From assembly GCF_020745735.1 (NCBI RefSeq), contig NC_083412.1:58866320-58930319 (forward strand): a stretch of DNA of 64,000 nucleotides, in the 5' to 3' direction. How positions within the stretch are numbered: the first letter of the stretch is position 1; each line of letters opens with the position of its first letter. The notes under the pieces are model-generated. The model saw nothing but the letters and a program-made list of their open reading frames with translations. It was not told the DNA's origin and did no database searches. The position numbers and the translations under genes are program-made. This stretch comes from Hemiscyllium ocellatum (lineage: Eukaryota). Of this stretch, positions 36,946 to 49,559 are shown in pieces.

Positions 36946-39900
36946 ATTAAGTGGGAATGAAAGAGAAACAAAGCATCCAAGAGGGAAGATTGAGAGGTAG
37001 ATTAAACAAGCAATATCAGAACATGATTAATAGTGATCAAAAAGTCATGATAATTATACATTCAATTGTTAGTGCATTGTCTTTAGAGCAGGGCCTGGAC
37101 ATGTTCTTGTGGTGCAGTGGTCGTTTCCCTACATCCAAGTCGGGAACCTCTGGATGAAGTGCCTACTGCTCTAAAGGTGAGTTCTAACATCTCTGAGAAG
37201 GTTGATTTGAAAATATCTAGAGCTGGACCCAAGAAACTGCTACATATCTCCCTCTGGTGGTCAGTAGCAGTTTCAAATTTCTTATTTAAGAAATGAAAAT
37301 CATTGAAAAGAATTTCAAAATAATACATTTAAATAGGGGACACAATTGTTCATGTAATGTTATTGACCAGACCAACTGTATTAAGAAGATAGCCTAGACC
37401 TTAACTTTTTCTTATTTTAAAGGTAAGGCGGTGCATTCCAGATGCTGTTTGATTGATCAAACTACTCGACTTTAAGCAAAACACATTCACTTCATTTTTA
37501 CACTAAAGTTAAATACAGATGAAATAAAAAGAAAAGAATTTGCTTAATTGTAGCTAATAAAATGCTTAACAAAGTAATGCATATATTAGCTACTACCAAT
37601 AAACTCAACCTTGGCAAAGGCAAAGTAAGTAAAATGGATTTGCTCACATGCAATTCTAGCAACAGGAAGAGAATCTTGGCTTCTGTAACAGAGAAAGGAA
37701 TAGGAGCTGCCCCATCTAGCTTCAAGATCCCAGCAACTACTGAAAGCTAAAAATAAAAATCTGCTTTCTATGGGAATTGGACCCCACCCATTCAGGCTGC
37801 TTCTATTGTTCCAACTTCTATAAAACAAAACCCAAGGCCTCACAAGCAGTTTACTTTATTGGCTTTGGAGCAGACTACTCCTCACCTCTGTCTCAATCGT
37901 TCTTCTTAAAAAGAATCAGGACAAAACAGACCTCTTAAAGCCTTAGTATCATCAGAATGTATATTAGTTAACCCAGAGTAAATGACAAAAGTACAAAGTA
38001 GCCAACATTAATATTTTTAAAAAAGTCTTAAATTTTCTTTACACAGCTTAATGAAATTCTGCAAATTCTAGAAATCTGAAAGATAAATCAAAATTGCTGA
38101 AAACATACAGCAGATCTGATCATTTGAAAGCTACAGATCTGAGGTGGTAATTCAAGGATGATTTTGTTTTGTTTCCAAAGTGAATTGCGTTGAGACCCTC
38201 AGAAGGATTCTTCCCGTGAAACCCAGCAAGATTTCTTGCCAAACTTTACCACATTTGCCTCATTAACCACCTATCCATTCTTTAGGCAAAAGGATCGGCA
38301 GCATTGTGGCATCTTTAAATGCTTGTTGTGCACCTAGATGGGTACTGGCAGTCCAGAGATCCCCTGCATAATTCCTGACATCTGTTGCAAATGTCGAATG
38401 CAGCAGCCTGCTTTGGAGGCATGGACAAGGTGATGCACAGACAGGATGTCCACATCTCAGAAGACCAGCAAATAAAGGAGCAGAATCAGGCCATTCAGCC
38501 CATCGAGTCTGCTCTGCTATTTGGTCATGGGTGATATGTTTCTCCTGCCTTCTCTCCATAACCCTCGATTTCTTGACTAATCAAGAACCTATCTCTGTCT
38601 TACTTATATTTGATGACTTGACTTCCACAGCATTCTGTGTCATCTGGGTTCCACAGCTTAACCACTCTCTGGTTGAAGAAAAAGGGTCATTCCTTTCCTC
38701 TGAGGCTATGCCCTTGGGTCCGAGTTGCTTCTTGTAACGGACCTGTCTTCTCCAAATCCACTCTATCCAGGCCTCTCGGTATTCTGTAAGTTTCAATCAG
38801 ATCCCACCTTCGTGCTTCTAAACCCTATTGACTATTGACCCAGAATCCTCAAGCACTCCTTATATGATGAGGTGTTCACCCAGGGATAAGTTTTGTAAAC
38901 CTCCTCTGGAACCCTTCCAGTGCCAGCATATCCTTCCTTAGATACAGGGACCCAAAGCTGCTCACAATATTTCAAACCCAGTCTGACCAGAGCCTAACAC
39001 AGCCACAGCAATACATCCCTGCTCTTGTATTATAGCCCTCTTGAAGTGAGTGTAAACATTGCATTTGATTTCCTAACTTTCAACTGAACCTGAATATTAA
39101 CCTTAAGAGAATTCTGAACTGAGGGTCCCAAGATTTCTGAAGCTTTTGCACATTTAGAAAATAGTCTATGCCTCTATTCTTCCTACAAAAATGCATAACC
39201 CCACACTTTCCCACAGAGCCTCTGCCACTTCTTTGCCCACTCTCCTAGCCTGTCCAACTCCTTCTACAGCATCTCTGTTCCTCAACATTACCTGCTCCTC
39301 CACCCATCTTTGTGTCATCTGTAACTTAGCAACAATGCAGATTGTTAATGCAGAACATGAACAGTATTGTTCCCCTGTAGAGCTTCATTAGTAACTGACT
39401 GCCATTCTGAAAAAGACCCATTTATCCCCACCCTCTGTCTTCTCCCAGTATCCAATCCTCTACACATGCCAATATTTTGCCCTTAACACCATTGGCGTTA
39501 TCTTATTTAGCAGGTACCTTATCAAAGGCCTTCTGGAAATCAAAATAGATCACATCTACTGGTTCTCCATTATCTAACTTGCTTGCTACCACCAGAAAGA
39601 ATTCAAACAGAGTTGTCAGGCATGACCTGTCCTTTATGAAGCCATGTTGACTCAACCATATTTTACCATGCACTTCCAAGCACTCCACAATCTCATCTTT
39701 AAATATTGAACTCTAAAATCTTACTAATGACCAAAGTCAGGCTAACCGGCCTATACTTTCCTATATTCCATCTCCCACCCCTTCTTAAACAGAGGTGTTA
39801 CATTAGCCATTTCCCAATCCTCTGCGACTGTCCCTGACTCCAGTGATTCCTAAAAGATCATTACTGAAGTGTAGTCCATCCAGTCCAGTTTTTTTTTGCC

Positions 39901-40019
39901 TTCAGAACTTTCACCTTCCCCAGCTCCTCATTAGTAATGGGCACTGCATCAGTTCTGCCCCTGTCTCTCTTGAAGTTCTAGTTATGTCTTCCACTGTGAA
40001 AACTGATGCAAACTATCTA

Positions 40020-40160
40020 CAGAGCAACCTTGCTTATCAGAACGTCAGTTATCCAAATTTCGGATTATCCGAACAAAATCTCAAGGTGCTGTAAAAACAT
40101 CCATTATCCGAACAATCAGTTATCAGAATAAAATATTTGGATAATCAACATTGTTTTGAA
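40020..40160. mobile_element. pogo/Tigger-type MITE inside the CR1
   Basis: TA|CAGAGCAACCTTGCTTATC left end, internal TTATCCGAA repeats, degenerate right end; related to 51528-51701. Confidence 0.6.
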
Positions 40161-41383
40161 GTCAGTTTCCCCAATGCTACTTTGTTCCCCATTACTACTC
40201 CAGCCTCATTTTCGAGAAGTCCAATGTCAAATCTTGCCTCTCTCTTACCTTTTAGATATCTAAAAACACTGTTGCAATCTTTTTTTTTTGCTCACTATTT
40301 TACCCTCATATTTCATCTTCTCTCCTCTTATTGCTTTTTAGTTATTTTCTGCTGGTTTTTGAAGGCTTTCCAATCCTCTGGCCCCCCATTAATCTTCATC
40401 ACTTGTAAGTTTTTCTTTGGCCTTTATGCTATTTCTAACTTGCCTTGTCAGCCATGGTTGTCTCATCCTCCCGTTGTGTGTTTCTTCTTCCTTTGGATGA
40501 ATTTCTGCTGTGCCTTCCAAATTACCTGCAGAAACTCCTGTTACAGCTGCTACCACCACCTTTCCAATGAGGCTGCTCTTCCAACCAAATCTGGCCAGCT
40601 CCTCCCTTCCTGTTTTTTTCAGTTACCTTTTCTCAATTGTAAAACCCAGGTATATCTGATTCCACTTCTGCCTCTCAAACTGCAAGGTGAATTCTACCAT
40701 TTTTAAGTTACTTCTTTCACCTAAAGATCTCTAATCAATTTTGCTTCATTACACATCACCAAAACCAGACTTGCCTGTTTCCAAGATGGATCTACCACAA
40801 AAGAACTCATGGGCATTACATAAATTCCTTTTCTTGAAACCTGCCACCAACTTAATTTTCACAGTCTACCTTTCTGTTGAAGTTCCCCATGATTTTTGTC
40901 ATTGTGCCTTTCTTACTAGCCTTATCTGCCTCCAGATTTACTTTCTAGCCCATATCCTGACTACTGCTAGAAAGCTTATACACAATTCTCTTCAGGGTCT
41001 TTTTACCTTCGGAGTTTCTCAACGCTACCCGCACAGGTTCTGCACTTTCTGACTCAATATCATTCCTTGCTATCGATTTAATTTCATTTCTTACTAACAA
41101 GGCAACCGTACTCCCTCTGCCCATTTGCCTGTCCTTTAGGTAGGACATGTACCTTTGGATATTTAGTTCCCAGCTTTGATCCGTTTGCAGCCACATCTCT
41201 GTGACATCTACAACATTGTGGCCATCAATTTCAATCTGCGCTAGAAGCTCATTTTCATCGTTTTGTGTATTGTGTGCATTTAAGTACAACACCCTTAGTC
41301 CTGTGATAACTGTCCCTCTTCTCATAGTTGTCCCCTTATTTGCTGTGCCTAAAGTTACATTCCTGACCCTTTTCACACACTGT

Positions 41384-41696
41384 AGATGAGATTACCTACA
41401 GTGGAAACAGGCCCTTCGGCCCAACCAGTCCACACTGACCCTCCAAAGAGTAACCCACCCAGACCTATTTCCCCTCTGACTAATGCATCTAATACTATGA
41501 GCAATTTAGCGTGGCCAATTCACCTAACCTGCACATCTTTGGACTGTGGGAGGAAACCAGAGCACCCGGAGGAAACCCACACAGACACGGGGAGAATGGG
41601 CAAACTTCACACAGACAGTCGCCTTAGGCTAGAATCAAACCTGGGACCCTAGTGCTATGAGGCAGCAGTGCTAACCACTGAGCCACCATGCCACCT
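41384..41696 (-). mobile_element. HE1/V-SINE inside the CR1
   Basis: Same family signature as the other copies. Confidence 0.9.
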
Positions 41697-42137
41697 CTGT
41701 ACTACTACTCGATCTAGAAAGATTAATAACCTTTGCTCACTGCCCCATCTTTTATCTTTTTACAAGATTTTCTATACAACTAAACCCCATCCCCCATTAT
41801 TTAGTTTAAAGCCCTGTCCACACTTCTAGTTCTGTGATATCTTGGGACCAGAATCCTAGTAAAATTTAGGTAGAATCCATTCCATTGGAACAGCTCCTTC
41901 CCTCGCCAGTACTCGTACCTATGTCCTATGAATTCAAACCTGTTTCTCCACACCGATTTTTGAGGCATGCATTTACCTCTTTAATCTTGTTGACTTTGTG
42001 CCAATTTGCTCATGGGTCAGGTAGTAAGTCGGGGATTATTACCTTTTAATTCTGCTTTTTAATTTAGCACCTGGCTGCTCATATTCACTCAATGGAACCA
42101 CTTTCCTCTAAGGATTGTAATTGCCTCCTGCAACACA

Positions 42138-42366
42138 ATGGCAAAAGTGAGGACTGCAGATGCTGGAAATCAGAGTCTAGATTAGCGTGGTACTGGTAAA
42201 GCACAGCAGGCCAGGCAGCATCCGAGGAGCTGGAAAATCAACATTTCAGGCAAAAGCCCATCATCATTTGAAGCCTGATGAAGGGCTTTTGCCCGAAACA
42301 TCGATTTTCCTGCTCCTTGGATGCTGCCTGACTTGCTGTGCTTTTCCAGCACCACTCTAATCTAGA
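42138..42366. mobile_element. Inverted PLE pLTR dimer (family 1 subtype) with 13-bp TSD
   Basis: CTCCTGCAACACA at 42125-42137 and 42367-42379. Plus-strand core CTGATGA-A-GGGC-TTTT-GCCC-GAAA-CATC at 42275-42302. Confidence 0.88.
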
Positions 42367-43329
42367 CTCCTGCAACACAGTGTCCAGGTACCTCTCCCCT
42401 ACCTGATGTGCCGCAGTATTTGTAGTTCAGAGCCAGAGTTCCTCAAGCAACCAACACTTGATGTGGATGTGGTCACAATGAAGCACAAAAAGTTCCACTA
42501 GCTTCCATATCATGTACTGCCTAGCTCAGCATCTCAGTTTTAATAATTTAGTTCTGAATTTGATTTTTAAAAATTTTGTACTGGTCTTTTCAATTGTAGT
42601 TTGTAATCGATTGTCAAATTCGTTGCTTTCACCAACCAATGAACTTACAGTTTACCTGTGATGTCATTTTTTTTGTGGTGGACACGGAGCCTGGACTTTA
42701 ATTTATCCTGTTTTTAAAAAAAACCTTATAAACTAAGAGATATCAAAAGAAGCAACCAAAAACCACCTCTTCCCCTCTGCACCCACTTCTCACATTGCCC
42801 CCAAATTATAAACTCACTCAGGCTGTCTCTCCTTCTGGATGTGATTTCTCCTTCCTGACCGTGTGAAGCTTACTCCTCATAGCCCTATCACCAACAAAGG
42901 AGGCCACAACACATTCCAGACCATGCCAGCCAATGTAGGCAGAAGATCAATGTCCTTTATCAAACAGCCAACATATACACCATCATCTTCTCCCTGGTAC
43001 CTTACACCCCTCTGTCTCCATTACTGTGCCCACCTCCCAACAAAATTCATGCACTACCGGTCTCACTGTTGGCAACCATAGGCCAGGCTGGCAGGGTCTG
43101 GTATCGCAGCCTCCTTTGCCATCCTGAGGGATAAGGATAGCCATCCTCTGGCCATTCTGTCCACCAGAACCTTCAGGTTCTTGTCCGCAAAATGGGGCAC
43201 CAGATTTTTCTCCTTATCTAAGGTATTAAAAGAAGTGGCCAGTAAGTTAGTTCCCAGAATCCATTGATTTAGGAAAGGTCCCATTAGACTGGAAAATAGT
43301 GATTATCTTTCCTTTAGACAAAAAGAGGA

Positions 43330-44720
43330 GACATAAAAGGACAAAATTACAGGCTAGTTAAATTAACTTCAGTCATAGGGATTATGTTACAAGCTATTAT
43401 TAAAGAAGTTACCACAGGGCACTTAGATAAGTTCAGAGTATTGGTCAGAGTCAAAACGTTTATGTGAAAATGACATCATGTTTGACTAACCTATTAGATT
43501 TCCTCGAGGAGGCAAAACATACTTCGGATAAAGGTGAACCAGTAGTATATCCAGTACTTAGATTTCGAGAAGACGTTTGGTAAGGTGCCAAATGTTATTG
43601 TGGAAAATTAAAGCTCATTGTATCAAGGATAGCATATTGTCATGAATAGAAAATTGACTAGTTAACAGGCAGCTGAAAATCTGCATAATTGGATTTTTTT
43701 AAAGATGGCAAGATATAATGAAAGGTGTGCTACAGGGATCTGTGCTGGCACCTGACTATTTACAATTTATAGAAATGACATGGTTGAAGGGATGGAAGTT
43801 ATAGTTGCCAAATTTGCTGATGATGCCTAGATCGATAGGAGAGTAAGTTATGAAGAGGATATAAAGAGGCTATAAAAAGATATGTGATAATTTAACTCAA
43901 TGGAAAACGTTGAGGCAGATGGAATATAATATGGGAAAAGTAAAGTTATCTATTTTGTCAGGTAGATTAACCAAGAAGCATAGTATCTAAATGGTGAGAG
44001 ATTGCAAAGCTCTAAGCTGCAGAGGAATCTGAGTGTCCTAATGCATGAATCACAAAAGGTTAAATCCTGCTACAGGAAGTAATTTGGAAATCCAATAGAA
44101 TGATATTATTGATTAGGAATGGATTTGAATACAAAAGTAGGGAAGTTAAGTTTCATTATCCATGTTATTGGTGAGACCACATCTGGAGCACAATATTGGT
44201 CACCTTATTTAATGAAGTATATAAACGCATTGGAACCAGTTCAGAGAGGGTTGATTTGACTAATACCTGAAATAGGCAAGTTGTTTTATGAGGTCATGTT
44301 GAACAGGCTAGGCTTACATCTAGTGGAGTTTCATAGAGTAAAAGACAATTTGATTAAAGCATATAAAATCCTGAGGGATCTTGAGGCGAAGTGTGGACTG
44401 GATGTTTCCTTTCATGAGATAAACTAGCATTACAGGTTGTTGTATAGAAATCAGGGGTTGTCCCTTTAAAATGGAGATAAAGCATTTATTTTTCTTTTAG
44501 AGAGTTGTGACTTTTTGAAACTCTATTCCTCAAAAAATGATGGAAGCTGAGTCCTTGAATATTTTTAAGAGAGAGGTAAATAGATTTTTGTCAAACAAAG
44601 GGTTGAAAGGTTATCACAGGTAGGTGGAATCATGAATGTTCAAGTTACAAACAGATCAGGTGTGATCTTATTGAATGGAAAAGCAGGCTTGAATGGTTTA
44701 ACTATGTTCCTTGTTTTTAT
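43330..44720 (+). mobile_element. Old CR1 RT and 3' fragment
   Basis: Decayed YLDF.K.FGKVP, G..QGSVL and KFADD motifs. Confidence 0.75.
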
Positions 44721-45319
44721 GGTCATTCAAGAAAGCAGTGTATTCTCAAAAAACAATTAGGATAGGCAATAAATGCTGGCCAGACTTTTCATTGCTATGT
44801 GAGATCTTGTGTGAAATTTAGCTGCTATGTTTTCCTGCCTCATAGGAATGTCTATTCTTCAGAAATGCTGCATTAGCTGTGAAGCATTCTGGAGTAGATT
44901 TGGCTATTGAAAAATGAACACAAACACAAAGTTTAGTCTTTTGCCTTGTTGTTTTCTATTCCCTTAGTTCACCCCCTGTACTTTTCACTGAATAGCATAG
45001 GCTCAGCCTAGGAGAATGAGGGAATCCACATCCTGGGGATGTCTTGTAATTGCTTGTTGTTTACATGTCATGGGAAACAAAATAAATTCATTTGATTTAG
45101 CTGTGGCATGTCACAATCTTGGTAATTGCCACTCAAATTCTTCACATTGTTCTGTCCTTGGTGAAATAAAATCAGTATGTATGTGGCAGAGGTGACCATT
45201 GATCCATCTCTGGATATCTGTGAGTTCCCTCTATCTCTACCTCCAGATGAGTGGTATAGTAAATCCTGTATATCTGCAAAATCATGAATTGCAAATTCAC
45301 CTAACCACTCCAAATAAGA

Positions 45320-46355
45320 CTGGAGACCTATAATCAGTGGTGCCACAAGGATCAGTGCTAGGTCCACTGCTTTTCGTCACTTATATAAATGAATTGGATG
45401 TGAACAGAGGAGATATGGTTTGTAGATAGTTTACAGATGACACTACAATTGGACGTGTAGTGGACAGCAAAGAAGGTTACCTCAGAGTACAATGGGATGT
45501 TGATCAGATGAGCCTCTGGGCCAAGGTGTGGCAGATGGAGTTTAATTTAGATAAATGTGAGGTGCTGCATTTTGGGAAGGAAAATTAGGGTAGGAGTTAT
45601 ACACTTAATGGTAAGGTCCTGGGGAGTGTTGCTAAACAAAGAGACCTTGGAGTGTAGATTCATAGTTCCTTGAAAGTGGAGTCACATGTAGATAGGATAG
45701 TGAAGAAGGCGTTTGGTATGCTTTCCTTTATTGGTCAGTGTGTTGAGTACAGGTGTTGGGAGGTCATGTTGCAGTTGTACAGGAAATTGGTTAGACCACT
45801 ATGGGAATACTGTTTGCAGTTCTGGTCTCCCTGCTATGGGAAGGATGTTGTGAAACTTGAAAGGGTTCAGAAAAGACTAACAAGAATGTTTCCAGGGTTG
45901 GAGGGCTTGAGCTACAGGGAGACGCTGAATAGGCTGGGGCTGTTTTTCCCTGGGGCATCGGAGGCTGAGGGGTGACCTTATAGAGGTTTATAAAATCATG
46001 AGGGCCTTGGTAGGGTGAATAGACAAGGTCTTTTCCTGAGGGTGTGGGAGTCCAAAACTAGACGGCATAGGTTTAAGGTGAAGGAGGAAAGATTTAAAAG
46101 GAATCTAAGGAGCAACATTTTCACGCAGAGGGTGATGCGCGTATGTAATGAGCTGCCAGAGGAAGCGATGGAGGCTGGTATTACTACAACGTTTAAAAGG
46201 ATCTGATTGGGTATATGAATAGAAAGGGTTTAGAGGGATGTGGGCCAAATGCTGGATAATGGCATTAGATTAAGTTGGGATATCTGGTTGGCAGGGATGA
46301 GTTGGACCAAAAAGCGTTTCCATGCTGCATATCTCTATGATTCTATGATTCTATA
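45320..46355 (+). mobile_element. CR1 (HER1-like) 3' 1 kb
   Basis: SGATRISARST (decayed GVPQGSVLGP), LYRKLVRPLWEYCLQFWSP, and (TTCTATGA)n-type tail at 46333-46354. Confidence 0.9.
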
Positions 46356-47217
46356 ACAACAGAAAATCAATATCTGTGGGAAAAGCTCACATATCCATGC
46401 TTTTTAACTTATTTTTAATGAGTTCCGGACTAGTAAATTTCATCATTTGCACGGGTTCTCAGGAACTGAACCATTGTAGATACGGAGGAATGACTGTACA
46501 CCAATGTCAGGTAGTTCTCATATGTTAGAAAGCAATCACATTTCAGAATTGGAAAAGTTAGAACTTAGTGTTTAATGCAGCCTGCCATGATACCTGTAGG
46601 AAGCCTGCTTGAGGCCAGTGTTGTGTTACATGCCACATGGTTCTCCAGTGCAATGTGCATGAAGCTCCCTGCATCACCTATATGTAACAACTGGTTCCTG
46701 GTTAATTAATTCCGAATGACAAAATATGATACAAGGTCTCCTCTTTTGCATCTTTTATCTACTACAGGTATTTCTCTTTGTGGCCAATACTCATCCTCTT
46801 AAAAGTATAAGTTAAATACATCATTTTACATTAGGACTGAGATGAATAGCACCGAATTAAATGAAGAAGTGATGAAGTGCATAGCAACTGAAGGCTGGGT
46901 ACCATTGAAAGTTTAGTGCGTGTTACACAGGAGAATGTCGAATGAAAAAGGATTGGAGCTTAAACTATAAGATGTACTTAATTAGGAAATAACCTTGCTA
47001 GGTTATTATCCACTTCCAACATCAGCTGTTTGATGCACTGCTCTGTTACCTCCAACTAAAGCACAAAGTGACCATAGTCCCACTCTCTCATTAGAGAGAG
47101 ACAATACACTTCAGGCGAGAGGTAAGGTTGTGACCTCCATAGTAACACCAGCTGATACTGAACTTGAACCCATATTGTTGGCATCTCCCACCAGACATCC
47201 AGCCAACTGAGCTAACC

Positions 47218-48042
47218 ATAGAGTCATATAGCACAGAAAGAGACCCTTCAGTCGAACTCATCCATGCCAACCAGGTTTCCTAAACTAAAACTAGTCCCAT
47301 TTGCCAGGATTTTATATTGGCTCATATGCCTTTAAACCTCTCCTATTCATGTACCTATTCCAAATGTCTTTTAAATGTTGTAACAACAACAACTGCCTCT
47401 ACCACTTTCAATAAAACAAAAAAACTCCAGAAGCTGAAGAGGCAATTGGTATGCTTGCCTCTATTTGTCAGTGCATTCAGTGTAGGATTTGGGGGGTCAC
47501 ATTGCAGCTGTACAGGACATTGATTAGGCCACTTTTGGAATACTGTGTGCAATCCTGGTCTCCCTGCCATATGTAGGATGGTACAAAACTTGAAATGTTT
47601 CAGAAAAGATTTACAAGGTTGGAGGGTTTGAGCTACAGGAAGAGGCTGAACTGGTGGGGCTATTTTCCCTGGAGCATTGGAGGCTGAGGGGTGAACTTAT
47701 AGAGGTTTATAAAATTATGGCAAGTGTGGATACGGTAAATAGACAAGGTCTTTTCCTCAGGGTAGAGGGCATAGGTTTAGGGTGAGAGGGGAAAGATTTA
47801 CAAGTGATATAAGGGGCAAGTTTTCCACACAGAGGGTGGTACGTCTATGGAATGAGCTGCCAGAGGATGTGGTGGAGACTGGTACAATTGCAACATTTAT
47901 AAGGCATCTGGATGGGTATATGAATAGGAAGGGTTTAAACAACTATGGGCCAAATAGAACTAGCTTAATTTAGGATATCTAGTTAGCATGGATGAGTTGG
48001 ACCGAGGGATCTGTTTCCATGTTGTCCATGTCTATGACTCTA
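47218..48042. mobile_element. Two CR1 3' ends in opposite orientation (minus 47218-47408, plus 47440-48042)
   Basis: Both carry the HER1-like 3' UTR and tail. Confidence 0.8.
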
Positions 48043-48064
48043 TTTGAAAGAACAACAGAAATTG

Positions 48065-48225
48065 GTGGTGAAACCCAGCAGGTCTGGCACATCTGTGAGG
48101 AGAAAGCAGAGTTAATGTTTGGAGTCTAATTTTGATGAAAAGTCAACCGACTCTAAACATTGACCCTGCTTTCTTCCCACAGATGTTGCCAGACCTATTG
48201 AATTTTGCCAGCAATCTTTGTTTGA
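48065..48225. mobile_element. Decayed inverted pLTR dimer (family 2)
   Basis: CAGCAGGTCTGGCACATCTGTG...CACAGATGTTGCCAGACC arms with relic TTGATGA..AAACATT. Confidence 0.55.
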
Positions 48226-49269
48226 CCCAAACAACTCCCTTACCTCCATCCATACCTCGATGGCACTAGCATTGCCGGGAAATGGATCTGCAGCTCCTGA
48301 CTGAAGAAAGTAGCTGTTGTAACAAGCAATGAATGTGGGTGTTGCCCTTGCTCTGTTTCCATCAGTCACCTGTACTCATAATTTCCAATTGTGCCTTTAG
48401 AATGGAATCATGTCAAATCACACACACTGCACAGCTCAGAAACACAAACACAGACATCAGAATGAACTGTTCAATTGAATTGTGATTAGATTCAGACCCA
48501 CTGAATTATCTTCAGGATTTCACCCTCGTGCTGTAAAACTGCTGATAGATTAATATTGGGCTCAGTGGTACAACACAGCTCCTCCTGTCTATGAACATCG
48601 ACTGTTAACATATGCTCAGATTTCTAAGACGAATAAGTTATATGCATAAGTTTTGAGACTGTTTGTGTAGCAAGTTCAGATATGTCTAGTATCATAATAA
48701 ACTTCTTTCAAATCAGTCTTTAATCACTGTTTTTTATTAAATAAACATCAATAACCTAACAGTTTTACAGATGTAATTTGTTTTTTTTTAATTTTGGGAG
48801 CTCTGTCTTTTAAACACAGTAATCAAAATATCTGCAGGATTTAAGTACAGCATGTCTCTCATCAGACTAAGCATCATTCATCAGAATAATAGCATTATTT
48901 TTAATTGTTTCTGTAAAATATGGAGCCCGATAAGGAAAAGTTGAATTGTTCCTCTCTTTTCCTCATCCTGGCTTGATTTGAACAAGAGTTTTAAAATGTA
49001 ATAGGATTGCACTTACCAATTCAATGTTTGGATTTATGTGTACTTTTACATAATTACGAAGAACTAGTCAGACCAGTTTTCTTGAGCTTAACAAGTGGTT
49101 AGTTTTATTACACTAAAACTCAACACAGGTGAAATTTTTAACGTGAAAATCAGTCTCCATTTCCATAAACAGCAAGCGCACACTCACATTGTTATGAGAA
49201 AGTATAAATTAAATAGTACGGGCTATATTTGGCTTAAGTCTTATAAAAAGATATGAAAAGGAACAGTTC

Positions 49270-49465
49270 ACAATAGGTGGGAACGCAAAATTAACATTTT
49301 GAGTTCAGTCAACTTTCTTCAGAACATTTTGAAGAACAGTTCTTGGGCTCAAAACATCAACACAACTTTCTTTCCACAGACGTTGCCAGATCTGCTGAGC
49401 TTCTCCAGTAGTTTCTGTTTTTGTTTCAGATTTCCAGCATCTGCAATTTTTTGTTGTATTTAGTT
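49270..49465. mobile_element. Decayed inverted pLTR dimer (family 2)
   Basis: TTCTTCAGAA / TTGAAGAA centre followed by CACAGACGTTGCCAGATCTGCTGAG...TTTCCAGCATCTGCA. Confidence 0.55.
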
Positions 49466-49559
49466 CACATTTCAGTTTAATTTGGTCTTATCTGGCTGTG
49501 GTTATCCAAAGGTTTTTGTTCTCAACTCAAGCGATTGTTGCTGCTAAATCTTAAACTTG

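Larger units (their letters stand above)
38455..42560 (-). mobile_element. Degenerate, internally deleted CR1 with several nested insertions
   Basis: RT pieces QHGFIKDRSCLTTLFEFF and YFDFQKAFDKVP; APE piece LRVLYLNAH...VTEMWLQ; probable ORF1 5' remnant near 42380-42520. Confidence 0.85.

Noticed and set aside
42863-43284. Overlapping short ORFs in a GC-richer segment
   Set aside because: No recognisable motif; wedged between CR1 fragments and probably an unclassified repeat.
47218-48042. Inverted CR1 pair as a single twin-primed insertion
   Set aside because: Both arms carry the 3' tail and no TSD is evident, which fits two independent insertions.
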